Assembly (NCBI GenBank): GCA_965250005.1
Contig: OZ252279.1
Span: forward strand, 1,950,001 to 1,982,000
DNA length: 32,000 nucleotides
Source of the DNA: Demequinaceae bacterium
GTDB lineage: Bacteria > Actinomycetota > Actinomycetes > Actinomycetales > Demequinaceae
Direction: 5' to 3'
In this document: in pieces, positions 1 through 8,084 of the stretch
Layout: each line of letters starts with the position of its first letter
Position numbering within the stretch: the stretch's first letter is position 1
Translations under genes and position numbers: made by a program
The notes under the pieces: generated by a model
Seen by the model: the letters and a program-made list of their open reading frames with translations, nothing else
The model's database searches: none
What the model was told of the DNA's origin: nothing

Positions 1-575
1 AGCGCCCGGATGGCGGCGGGGCCATCGACGTCCCGGAAGATCGCGTTCTCGACCACGAGTCCGGGGATGAGCGCGAAGATGGCCTGCGCGAGTCGCGCGG
101 CGTCAATGTCCGTCGAGACTGCGCCCGTTGACTGGCGGACCCGGATGCTCTCCTCGATCTGCCCCCTGACACTGCCGTAGCCTTCGGAAAGAATTCCGCG
201 CAGGGACTCGTCGCGAGCAGCTTCCGCCCAGATGGCGATGGCCATCGCGCTGAAATCCATGCCTTCCGCCGTCGTTTTGCGGGCAATCCTGCCGGACAGT
301 GCCGCGACCGCCTCAAGCAAGTCGTCGCCGACGGGCTCGGTCAGGGCTTCCGTCGCCATCGCGCCGATCATGGCCATCGCGCGTTTCGCGGAGGCGTGGA
401 TGAGCGCCCGCTTGTTCGGGAAGTAGCGGTAGACCGAGCCGGCCGACATCTTGGATGCCTTGATCACCTGGGCCATGGAGGCGGCGTGGAACCCATCGCG
501 CGCGAAGCACAGCATCGCGGCGCTGAGAATCTGCTCGCGGCGCATTGTGAGGTGCTCGGGAGAGGTCTTCGGCAT
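1..575 (-). CDS. TetR/AcrR family transcriptional regulator (C-terminus lies beyond the left window edge)
   Basis: Absent from the ORF track because it runs off the edge. Reverse-strand translation from the ATG (complement of 573-575) reads MPKTSPEHLTMRREQILSAAMLCFARDGFHAASMAQVIKASKMSAGSVYRYFPNKRALIHA..., a textbook TetR N-terminal HTH. The frame stays open to position 1. Confidence 0.85.
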   Translation of the reverse strand, partial: MPKTSPEHLTMRREQILSAAMLCFARDGFHAASMAQVIKASKMSAGSVYRYFPNKRALIHASAKRAMAMIGAMATEALTEPVGDDLLEAVAALSGRIARKTTAEGMDFSAMAIAIWAEAARDESLRGILSEGYGSVRGQIEESIRVRQSTGAVSTDIDAARLAQAIFALIPGLVVENAIFRDVDGPAAIRA

Positions 576-603
576 GGCTCGAGTATAGAGGTGAATCTAA
601 GAA

Positions 604-625
604 AAGTGAACGTTCGTTCTTGACA
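604..625. promoter_or_regulatory. Candidate TetR operator (GAACGTTC palindrome core, 608-615) abutting a consensus TTGACA -35 hexamer (620-625)
   Basis: Lies in the 80-bp divergent intergenic region between the TetR gene and the membrane-protein gene. GAACGTTC is a perfect 8-bp palindrome flanked by a partly symmetric context (AAGTGAACGTTCGTTCTT). TTGACA follows, then CAAGAT about 18 nt downstream, ending 7 nt before the ATG at 656. Confidence 0.3.
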
Positions 626-655
626 GATGCGGGCGCGTATGCTCAAGATGTGCGC

Positions 656-1654
656 ATGACACAAACAGCATCGAGCAAAAAGGCCGCAGCAGTGCCCGCG
701 GCGTCCTCCGTCCGCGACGTTGCACGCTTCGTCGCACTCTCGGCCGTCATGGTGACGGTCATTCTCATCGCCTTCGGCTGGCCTTCCACGGCAACCACGC
801 CGCACGATGTCAAGCTCGCGGTAGCGGGTCCCGATGCAGCGGTCGCGCAGGTTGCTGCTTCCCTCGAGGCGAGCCAGCCCGGCGTCTTCGAGGTTGTGGC
901 CGCATCCTCGGCAGCAGACGCTCAGGCGCTCGTCGAGGAGCGTGACGCCGCTGGCGCGATCGTCCTCGGAGCCTCCGGCCCGGAGTCCGTCATCGTCGCG
1001 TCATACGCGTCGCCTGCTTTGTCGCAGGTAATCCAAGGGGTCGCGAACGGCATCGCGAGCGTCGGCGCGCCCAGCGCGGCGCTTCCGGTGACGGACGTCG
1101 CACCCCTGCCCGAGTCTGACCCGCGCGGCTTCGGCATCCCGATTTCCGCACTGCCCCTCGCCATTGCCGGAATCGCGATCGGCGCGGCCTTTGCCATGCA
1201 GATCAATGGCACCCGCCAGCGCCTGCTGGGAGCGTCTGCGGCGGCTGCCCTCGCTGGCGTCGGGATCGTCTCGGTGCTGCACGGCTGGTTCGGAACGTTC
1301 TCCGGGAACCTGATGGCCGAATACGGGCTGGTGGTTCTCGGAATCCTTGCGACCGCGTTCGCGATCATCGGCTTCCACAGACTGATCGGCGTCGCTGGCG
1401 TCGGTGTCGTCGCCGCGGCCGTGATGCTGCTTGGCACCCCGATTTCGGGAGCGGGCACGGCGCCGCAAATGGTCCCGGCTGGTTGGGCCGAGCTCGGCCA
1501 GGCGCTTCCCCCCGGCGCGATCACCGCGGGGATTCGTTCTGTGGCAGGGTTCGACGGCGTGGGGGCGACCGGACCGATTCTGGTTCTCAGCGCGTGGGCG
1601 CTGGTCGGCCTCGCGCTCGCGCTGGTCGGCGCGAGGCGGGCGTCCGCCAGGTAG
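656..1654 (+). CDS. Integral membrane protein with ABC-2 / YhgE-Pip-like topology (N-terminal TM, extracytoplasmic domain, C-terminal TM bundle)
   Basis: ORF 620..1654. I prefer the in-frame ATG at 656 (MTQTASSKK...); GTG 650 and TTG 620 are alternatives. One TM after the basic N-terminus, a soluble stretch of about 110 aa, then 5-6 hydrophobic helices. Divergent from a TetR gene, a common efflux-type arrangement. Function is not assignable by eye. Confidence 0.7.
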   Translation: MTQTASSKKAAAVPAASSVRDVARFVALSAVMVTVILIAFGWPSTATTPHDVKLAVAGPDAAVAQVAASLEASQPGVFEVVAASSAADAQALVEERDAAGAIVLGASGPESVIVASYASPALSQVIQGVANGIASVGAPSAALPVTDVAPLPESDPRGFGIPISALPLAIAGIAIGAAFAMQINGTRQRLLGASAAAALAGVGIVSVLHGWFGTFSGNLMAEYGLVVLGILATAFAIIGFHRLIGVAGVGVVAAAVMLLGTPISGAGTAPQMVPAGWAELGQALPPGAITAGIRSVAGFDGVGATGPILVLSAWALVGLALALVGARRASAR

Positions 1655-1665
1655 CTACGTTGAGG

Positions 1666-1702
1666 TTCCGCGAGGGAGCGGGAAGCCGTCTTCCTCGCGG
1701 AA
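1666..1702 (+). terminator. Stem-loop downstream of the membrane-protein gene (TTCCGCGAGG ... CCTCGCGGAA)
   Basis: Perfect 10-bp inverted repeat (1666-1675 / 1693-1702), 12 nt after the stop at 1652-1654. No U-tract follows, so terminator function is uncertain. Confidence 0.35.
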
Positions 1703-1772
1703 GCCCGCGTTAGCGGTAGGTCTTCATCGAATAGTCTGGCGGGAATCAATTGACTCCCGTCCAGAACCGGAG

Positions 1773-2204
1773 ATGAACATGAATTCAGTCGCACCCACAT
1801 CCGCTAGGGCACTGCTGGTCGCCGCGCTAGCGCTCGCACTCGCTGGCTGCGCGCCCGCTGAGTCCGAGCCACCCGCAGCCTTCGACGGATCTCACGTCGG
1901 TGTCGAGGCGTGGGCGGCTGCGGCAGAACAGCCAGGAGTCGTCGTTCTCGATGTGCGCACCCCGGAGGAATTCGCCGAAGGTCACATCGACGGCGCTGTG
2001 CTGGTGAACCTCAATTCGGGTCAGTTCGACACCGAGGTGGCCACGCTCAATCCCAGCCTCGAGTACGCCGTCTACTGCCGCAGTGGGAACCGGTCGCGCG
2101 CGGCGATCAACGTCATGACTGCGCTCGGCTTCAACTCGACCGTAGGGCTCGAGGGTGGGATTAGCGCGTGGACCTCGTCAGGTCGCGAGACTGTCGCGCC
2201 ATAG
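1773..2204 (+). CDS. Rhodanese-domain (sulfurtransferase-like) lipoprotein
   Basis: In-frame ATG at 1773 inside ORF 1431..2204 gives MNMNSVAPTSARALLVAALALALAGCAPAE, a signal peptide with lipobox LAGC. The rhodanese fold signature is VVLDVRTPEEFAEGHIDGA ... active-site loop CRSGNRS. Confidence 0.85.
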   Translation: MNMNSVAPTSARALLVAALALALAGCAPAESEPPAAFDGSHVGVEAWAAAAEQPGVVVLDVRTPEEFAEGHIDGAVLVNLNSGQFDTEVATLNPSLEYAVYCRSGNRSRAAINVMTALGFNSTVGLEGGISAWTSSGRETVAP

Positions 2205-2244
2205 ATGCCAACCTCGGCACGCGAGCCCTGGACGCGCGACCGTC

Positions 2245-3246
2245 CTACTTCTTGGGCGCGGGCTCCGGCATTAGCAGCGTGCGCTTGGCCAAAGCTCCAA
2301 CCGTCCGCACCAGCACGGTTCCCACGACTGTCGTCAGCACCGCGAGCGACACGATGCCAAACCACTTGCACACCTCACATGAGTCTGCGGCGTACGCTGC
2401 GAGCAGCGCGCCTGTGAGCGCCGCGAGCGGGAAGGTATAGGCCCAAGCCGACGGCCCGAACGGCGCCTTCAACAGATCCGGGACCTGAGACAGCAGCAGC
2501 ACACCCTGGAATACCGCGACGCTGAGTAGGATGGTCGCGACAGGGTCGCCCCACTGGCCCGCGACAGCAACCCAGGCGGCTGCACCAACGGCGGGCGGTG
2601 CGATGAGAATCGCGAGGGTTGGCCAGAGCATCGGCGGCAGGGGATCAGATGCAACCAGGCGCGTCAGCACCATGGGGAATAGCGCGAGCCAGTACACGAT
2701 TCCCACGCCGAAGAAGTACCAGGTCAATACCTCCGGCGCGTAGTTGACGCCTGCGATGGGAGCGACGATGTTGCCGACGGCCGGGATAAACCAACCGGGG
2801 TGAATGTGGGCGGCCGAAAACTGACTGCCGCCAATCCAGGCGCGGACGATTCCGACCGTGAGAATCGCTTGACCGCTGGCGCCGGCCCACCACAGGACTT
2901 CGGCTAGTGCGGGTGCCTCGGCATGCAGGGCCATGGCGAGGACGAGCATCGCGATGGTGATGGTGGGGACGAACGCCATCTTGACGGGGTGCGCCCATTC
3001 TGCCCTGACCGCGTCGAAGTGGCGGATGGCCTTGGCAAGGTATGCGACCGTGAGCACGGCGAAGGCGGCTAGGGCGAACCAGGCGAGAACGGTAGCGACG
3101 CTCTCGCGGGTGTTGATGGCTTGGGCCGACCACCGCCACGCGACGGATGTCCCCGCTAGGCCCATGATGGCGCCGAACAGCGAGACTGGAAGGAGTGCGA
3201 GCGCTTTCACAGCTGGCACGCCGGTGGTCTTTGCCTTCGCTGCCAT
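2245..3246 (-). CDS. TehA / SLAC1 (TDT) family anion channel or transporter
   Basis: 333 aa with about 10 TM helices. The N-terminus ...LPVSLFGAIMGLAGTSVAWR... is typical of the tellurite-resistance/dicarboxylate transporter family. GAGGAGAAATCC precedes the ATG. Confidence 0.7.
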   Translation of the reverse strand: MAAKAKTTGVPAVKALALLPVSLFGAIMGLAGTSVAWRWSAQAINTRESVATVLAWFALAAFAVLTVAYLAKAIRHFDAVRAEWAHPVKMAFVPTITIAMLVLAMALHAEAPALAEVLWWAGASGQAILTVGIVRAWIGGSQFSAAHIHPGWFIPAVGNIVAPIAGVNYAPEVLTWYFFGVGIVYWLALFPMVLTRLVASDPLPPMLWPTLAILIAPPAVGAAAWVAVAGQWGDPVATILLSVAVFQGVLLLSQVPDLLKAPFGPSAWAYTFPLAALTGALLAAYAADSCEVCKWFGIVSLAVLTTVVGTVLVRTVGALAKRTLLMPEPAPKK

Positions 3247-3306
3247 GGATTTCTCCTCTATCGACCTGAGCGGCGCTTGGCGCCTACGGTCGCATCTTGG
3301 CGCCGC

Positions 3307-4767
3307 CTAGTCGTTAGCGTATTCCTTGATGGCAGCGAGTAGTTCGCTCAGGCCCTTCTTTGCGTCTGAAAGGAACATGCCCGTCTTCGGATCCGTGTAG
3401 AGCTCGTTGTCGAGTCCCGCGTACCCGTGGCCCAGCGAGCGCTTCATGACCACGATCGAGCGCGATTTGTCGACGTCGAGGATCGGCATTCCGGAGATGC
3501 CATTGCCTGGCCTGCGCGCGGCCGGGTTCGTGACGTCGTTCGCGCCAATGACAACCGCGATGTCGCACGAGTCGAACTCAGGGTTGATCTCGTCCATCTC
3601 CTTGAGCTGCGTGTACGGGACGTCGGCTTCGGCGAGCAGCACGTTCATGTGGCCAGGCATGCGTCCTGCGACCGGGTGGATTGCGTAGTACACGGTGATG
3701 CCCTTGGCCTCGAGCACGTTGCCGAGCTCTCCGGCCTCGCGCTGCGCCTGTGCGGCCGCGAGCCCATAGCCGGGGACGATGATGACCTTCTGCGCGTACG
3801 CGAGCTGAATCGCCACGTCTTCTGCCGTCACCAGATGGACGTCGCCTCGCTCCCCGGGGCCGGCGTCATCGCTGTTGTCTCCCGTGCCGAATCCGCCAAC
3901 CATGATCGCCATGATGGACCGGTTCATGGCGTCGGCCATGAGCTTGGTGAGGATGCTTCCCGACGCGCCAACGAGCGCTCCGGCGATGATCATGATGTCG
4001 TTGTCGACCACGAAGCCGGCCATCGCGACCGCAAGTCCGGTGAAGGCGTTGAGCAGCGAAACCACCACGGGCATGTCTGCGCCACCGATCGGTAGCACCA
4101 TGAGGATGCCGAACGCGAGTGACGCTGCGGCGAGCGCGAGCAGCGGAGCGAGACCGGGGTCGAGCACTAGCCACACGGTCGATCCAAAGCCCACCAATGC
4201 GCTGAGTAGCGTCAGTAGCCGCGAGCCTGGGAACGTGAGCGGCTGTCCGGGCACCCAACTCTGCAGCTTGCCCGCAGCGATGAGCGAACCCGAGAACGTC
4301 ACGGAGCCGATGAGGATGTCCAGGCCCACGGGGACGGTGAAGGCCGCGTCGAGCGCGGCAGCGTCCCCGCCGATGATCGCGAGGATGTCGAGCCGATGCA
4401 TGAGGTCGACGACGGCCACGAGCGCGGCCGCGCCGCCACCAACGGCGTTGAAAACGGACACCAATTGGGGCATGTCTGTCATCTGAATCTTGCGCGCCGA
4501 CACGAGCCCGGCGAGCGAACCGACGAGCGTTCCGGCGCCCAGTGAGATCCACCCCCACGTGCTCACTTGGAAGGTGTCGCTGCTATTGACGGCGAGCAGG
4601 GCGACGGTTGCGCCTACTGCCGCGGCCATTCCGGCTGCGGAGAGCAGGTTGCCGCGCCGCGCGGTCCGGGGCGAGCGCATGAAGTGCAGGCCGAGCACAA
4701 AACTGACGGCTGCGGCCAAGTAGATCAGGCGGACCACCACGTCGAGTGTGGTCAGGTCGGCGCTCAC
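3307..4767 (-). CDS. pntB: NAD(P) transhydrogenase subunit beta
   Basis: 486 aa. N-terminal polytopic membrane domain plus C-terminal dIII NADP(H) domain (...VIIVPGYGLAAAQAQ...AIHPVAGRMPGHMNVLLAEA...GANDVTNPAA...). The GTG start overlaps the pntAB stop (GTGA). Confidence 0.95.
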   Translation of the reverse strand: MSADLTTLDVVVRLIYLAAAVSFVLGLHFMRSPRTARRGNLLSAAGMAAAVGATVALLAVNSSDTFQVSTWGWISLGAGTLVGSLAGLVSARKIQMTDMPQLVSVFNAVGGGAAALVAVVDLMHRLDILAIIGGDAAALDAAFTVPVGLDILIGSVTFSGSLIAAGKLQSWVPGQPLTFPGSRLLTLLSALVGFGSTVWLVLDPGLAPLLALAAASLAFGILMVLPIGGADMPVVVSLLNAFTGLAVAMAGFVVDNDIMIIAGALVGASGSILTKLMADAMNRSIMAIMVGGFGTGDNSDDAGPGERGDVHLVTAEDVAIQLAYAQKVIIVPGYGLAAAQAQREAGELGNVLEAKGITVYYAIHPVAGRMPGHMNVLLAEADVPYTQLKEMDEINPEFDSCDIAVVIGANDVTNPAARRPGNGISGMPILDVDKSRSIVVMKRSLGHGYAGLDNELYTDPKTGMFLSDAKKGLSELLAAIKEYAND

Positions 4768-5072
4768 TTGGAGGCCTCCTCAGTGGGCTTGGGCCTTGCT
4801 TTGAACATCCCGAGCATGCGGTCGGTGACCACGTAGCCGCCCACCACGTTCATGGCCGCAAACGCGGCAGCGAAGAACGCGAGCGCGTAGCCCCACGGGT
4901 TGTCTGCGAGCCCAGCGATCAGGATCGCGCCCACCAGCACCACGCCGTGAATGGAGTTAGCGCCAGACATCATGGGCGTGTGCAAGGTCGCCGGAATCTT
5001 GGAGATCACCTCGAAGCCCACTAGCAGTGCGAGCACGAACAGGCTCAGGTCCGTCAGCAATTCGCCAGTCAC
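4764..5072 (-). CDS. pntAB: NAD(P) transhydrogenase subunit alpha, part 2 (membrane part)
   Basis: 102 aa with three TM helices (LALLVGFEVISKIPATLHTPMMSGANSIHGVVLVGA...). Sandwiched with 4-nt overlaps between pntAA and pntB. Confidence 0.9.
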   Translation of the reverse strand: MTGELLTDLSLFVLALLVGFEVISKIPATLHTPMMSGANSIHGVVLVGAILIAGLADNPWGYALAFFAAAFAAMNVVGGYVVTDRMLGMFKARPKPTEEASK

Positions 5073-6196
5073 GATGCAGTTCCCTTCGCAGACTTCTTGG
5101 CAGGTGGCCGGATCCAGATGGCGTCAACCACCTCGTCCTCCGGGTCCAGGACTATCTCGCCTTCGTGCACGACAGAAGTAAGAACCGCGACGACGTTTCG
5201 CGAGTATGCGGCCGATGCGCCCGACGCGATTCCCGACTCAATGTTCCCGGCGCCAAAAATGGAGATGCCGTTCTTGGTCTCGACGAGAGTGTCGGGGTTG
5301 GAGCCCTCGACGTTCCCTCCCAGCGAACTCGACGCAAGGTCGATGATGATGGAGCCGGGGGCCATTGCTGCGACCGTGTCCTTGGTCACGAGCAGCGGGG
5401 GCTTGCGGCCTGGGACTTTGGCGGTGGCGATAACCACGTCGAACTTGGCGATCTTCTTGGCGAGTGCCTCACGCTGCTCGGCGGCCTCTGCCTTGGTGAG
5501 CTCGCGCGCGTAGCCGCCGTCACCGGCGCCGTCTTCGACTCCGGCGGACAGGAACTGCGCGCCAAGCGACAACACCTCCTCGCGAGCGGAGGGGCGGACG
5601 TCGTATCCGGAGACCTGCGCGCCAAGGCGCCTTGCGGTGCCGATCGCCTGGAGGCCGGCGACGCCAGCGCCAAGGACCAGAACGGTCGCGGGCCGGGCTG
5701 TCCCCGCTGCGGTAATCATCATGGGGAAGTACCGGTCGAAGGCCTCTGCCGCAACCAGCGCGGCGCGGTAGCCAGCGATCGAGGACTGGGAGCTGAGGGC
5801 ATCCATGGTCTGCGCGCGAGACAGTTTGCGGGGCAGCCGGTGCAGGCAAAGCGGGAGCACGCCGCGCTTGGCGGCTGCGTCGAGGCTCGCAGTGTCGGTC
5901 ATCGAGTCGAGCAGGCCGATGAGCGCCTGGCCGGGCCGCAGTTGCTTGAGGACAGCGAGCTCGGGGCGGCGCACGGATAGAATCACGTCCGCCTTCTTGA
6001 TAGCTGTGGCGGCCGTGACCACGGCGGCACCCGCCGCCTTGTAGTCGGCATCAAGGTGGTGCGCCTGCTCGCCCGCACCGGCTTCGATCAGGACGGAGTA
6101 ACCGTCCTTGACAAGTTTGGCGGCGACTTCGGGGACCATGGCGACGCGCCGTTCTCCGCGGGCACGCTCCTTTAGGGCAGCGACTGCTACAGGCAT
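5069..6196 (-). CDS. pntAA: NAD(P) transhydrogenase subunit alpha, part 1 (dI, NAD(H)-binding)
   Basis: ORF 5069..6478, with start moved to the ATG at 6196 (MPVAVAALKERARGERRVAMVPE...), preceded by AAGGAGAC. Alanine-dehydrogenase/PNT fold with the Rossmann motif VLVLGAGVAGLQAIGTA. Confidence 0.9.
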   Translation of the reverse strand: MPVAVAALKERARGERRVAMVPEVAAKLVKDGYSVLIEAGAGEQAHHLDADYKAAGAAVVTAATAIKKADVILSVRRPELAVLKQLRPGQALIGLLDSMTDTASLDAAAKRGVLPLCLHRLPRKLSRAQTMDALSSQSSIAGYRAALVAAEAFDRYFPMMITAAGTARPATVLVLGAGVAGLQAIGTARRLGAQVSGYDVRPSAREEVLSLGAQFLSAGVEDGAGDGGYARELTKAEAAEQREALAKKIAKFDVVIATAKVPGRKPPLLVTKDTVAAMAPGSIIIDLASSSLGGNVEGSNPDTLVETKNGISIFGAGNIESGIASGASAAYSRNVVAVLTSVVHEGEIVLDPEDEVVDAIWIRPPAKKSAKGTAS

Positions 6197-6322
6197 AGGC
6201 GTCTCCTTTGAGTCTTTGCTTCTATGAGTATGGTCCATTGCGAACCATCGAAATCGACGTGACCTAGGTCCCGCAACCGAGAGCGGCGTCGGCTTCAGGA
6301 TTGGGGCGACGAAAGGAACTCC

Positions 6323-7696
6323 ATGAGCATTCTCGACCGCGCCCACACAGTGGCGCCGGCCGGCTACAACCGGTGGCTCGTGCCACCTGCCGCGCTCGCG
6401 GTCCACCTGTCCATCGGCCAGGTGTACGCACTCAGCGTCTTCAAGGACGCGTTGCGCGACCGCTTTGACGCGAGCCACACGCAGATCGGTGTCATCTTCT
6501 CGATCGCGATCGTGATGCTCGGCTTGTCCGCGGCGTTCGGCGGGCGGTGGATGGAGCGCAACGGTCCGCGCAAGGCCATGGTGCTCGCGGCGATCGCGTG
6601 GTCAAGTGGCTTTGCCGTCGGCTCGCTTGGCATCTTCACCGAGCAGCTGTGGCTCGTCTATTTGGGCTACGGCTTCATCGGCGGCATCGGCCTCGGCATC
6701 GGCTACATCTCGCCGGTGTCGACGCTCATCAAGTGGTTCCCAGACCGCCCCGGCCTGGCGACTGGACTCGCGATTATGGGATTCGGTGGCGGCGCGATGC
6801 TCGCGTCACCGCTGTCGAGCAAACTGCTTGAGGTCTACGCCGACACTGAGGCCGCCGCGCTCGTTCCGGCGTGGCTCACCATGGGCGCGATCTATCTGGT
6901 GCTGATGCTGCTGGGTGCCGCCGTGGTTCGCGTGCCGCCCAAGGGCTGGAAGCCCGCGGGGTGGGAGCCCAAGCCCAACGCCAAGGTGCTGTCTACCGGC
7001 GGGCAGGTGAACGCGAAGAACGCCATCAGGACTCCGCAGTTCTGGTTCCTGTGGACGGTGCTCTTCTGCAACGTGACCGCAGGCATCGGCATTCTCGAGA
7101 ACGCGAAGCCAATGATCCAGGACTACTACCCAGAGGTGACTGCCGCGGCAGCCGCCGGGTTCGTAGGGGTGCTGTCGCTCGCGAACATGCTCGGGCGCCT
7201 GGGCTGGTCCAGTCTGTCCGACTTCATCGGCCGCAAGCGCACGTACATCATGTACTTGGGCCTTGGCGCCCTGCTGTACACGTCCGTCGCGTTCTTCGGG
7301 CCGACGTCCATCGCGCTGTTCGTGATTCTGGTGGTCGTGATCCTCAGCTACTACGGCGGTGGATTCGCGACCGTCCCGGCCTACCTCAAGGACGTGTTCG
7401 GGGAGTTTGAGGTGGGGGCCATCCACGGCCGCCTCCTCACCGCGTGGTCCGCGGCTGGAGTCGCCGGACCGCTCATCATCAACGGGGTGCTTGACTACCT
7501 CGAGGGCCAGGGCTACGAGGGCGCAGCACTCTATCGCCCGTCGCTGCTCGTGATGGTCGGCATCCTGTTCATCGGCTTCATCGCGAACCTGATGATCAAG
7601 AAGGTGGATCCCAAGTTCCTCGAGGACGACACCGAGCCTGGAGATCCCCGAGACACGGACGCCGCACTCGTGGCAGCGAAGATTGGAGCCAAGTAA
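6323..7696 (+). CDS. MFS transporter, oxalate/formate antiporter (OFA)-like family
   Basis: 457 aa, 12 predicted TM helices. The N-terminus ...GYNRWLVPPAALAVHLSIGQVYALSVF... is typical of OFA / L-lactate-type MFS carriers. GAAAGGAA lies upstream of the ATG. Confidence 0.85.
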   Translation: MSILDRAHTVAPAGYNRWLVPPAALAVHLSIGQVYALSVFKDALRDRFDASHTQIGVIFSIAIVMLGLSAAFGGRWMERNGPRKAMVLAAIAWSSGFAVGSLGIFTEQLWLVYLGYGFIGGIGLGIGYISPVSTLIKWFPDRPGLATGLAIMGFGGGAMLASPLSSKLLEVYADTEAAALVPAWLTMGAIYLVLMLLGAAVVRVPPKGWKPAGWEPKPNAKVLSTGGQVNAKNAIRTPQFWFLWTVLFCNVTAGIGILENAKPMIQDYYPEVTAAAAAGFVGVLSLANMLGRLGWSSLSDFIGRKRTYIMYLGLGALLYTSVAFFGPTSIALFVILVVVILSYYGGGFATVPAYLKDVFGEFEVGAIHGRLLTAWSAAGVAGPLIINGVLDYLEGQGYEGAALYRPSLLVMVGILFIGFIANLMIKKVDPKFLEDDTEPGDPRDTDAALVAAKIGAK

Positions 7697-7812
7697 TGGC
7701 GAAGTTCAAGGCACACCCTCTCGCGTGGGTCCTGTGGGTCGTCGTGGGCAGCGCCCTGATCTACGGAGTGAGCCAGACAGCGATTAAGGCGGCCGCCCTC
7801 TTCACGGGCTAG
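7696..7812 (+). CDS. 38-aa single-TM micro-protein, probable small subunit of the adjacent MFS transporter
   Basis: Below the 60-aa ORF-track cutoff. Its ATG overlaps the MFS stop (TAATG at 7694-7698). Translation is MAKFKAHPLAWVLWVVVGSALIYGVSQTAIKAAALFTG*, one hydrophobic helix with a basic N-terminus. From memory, such partners are annotated as 'MFS transporter small subunit' next to OFA-type carriers. Confidence 0.6.
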   Translation: MAKFKAHPLAWVLWVVVGSALIYGVSQTAIKAAALFTG

Positions 7813-7957
7813 CCGCTGCGCGCACGAGCCGGGCCCCGGGGAGTTGCCATGAGGTGTGCTCTCTGGGGCGTTTCGCGTTCCGACCAAGACCGAGAGAGTC
7901 GTGGCGGTGCTTCGACGCTCATGGTCAGTGAACGACCCGCTCGGCTGCGCGGTTCTT

Positions 7958-7989
7958 GGGCCGATAGTCCTGGGCCGATAGTCCTGGGA
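7958..7989. repeat. Tandem direct repeat, 14-bp unit GGGCCGATAGTCCT x2 plus a partial third (GGGA)
   Basis: Read directly: ...cttGGGCCGATAGTCCTGGGCCGATAGTCCTGGGAcg..., about 100-130 bp upstream of the adhE start in a 272-bp non-coding gap. Confidence 0.9.
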
Positions 7990-8084
7990 CGTTGGCCCGA
8001 GGATCGGACCAAGAGGACCACATAGCGTGGAAGGTGAGCCAAGGCCGCGTGGGTCTGGCTCCATACAAGGGAGTAATCACCAAC

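Noticed and set aside
922-1800. 292-aa minus-strand ORF (plus 1001..1468) opposite the membrane-protein gene
   Set aside because: Arg/Ala/Pro/Ser-rich shadow ORF typical of the antisense frame in high-GC DNA. The plus-strand frame gives a coherent TM protein. The same reasoning applies to 5027..5980 (+), 7925..8542 (-), 13638..14378 (-), 16658..17458 (-), 20383..20790 (-), 24122..24634 (-), 25475..26188 (-), 26990..27814 (-), 27568..28299 (-), 29091..29699 (-) and the many 60-200-aa ORFs nested in the called genes.
6197-6478. N-terminal 94-codon extension of the pntAA ORF, overlapping the MFS gene start
   Set aside because: The extension is Arg/Val-rich with no homology features. The ATG at 6196 has an AAGGAG SD and yields the canonical PntAA N-terminus. 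Similar upstream extensions were trimmed for adhE (7992-8084), the rhodanese gene (1431-1772), the desaturase (19736-19840), DUF817 (22149-22250), DUF2017 (26071-26295), the MBL hydrolase (27472-27717), the Nudix-like gene (31279-31308) and trxA (31341-31409).
7900-7950. Rex-type redox operator upstream of adhE (GTGAAC at about 7928-7933)
   Set aside because: Only a single half-site-like hexamer (CAGTGAACGA) is present, with no inverted partner at the expected spacing.
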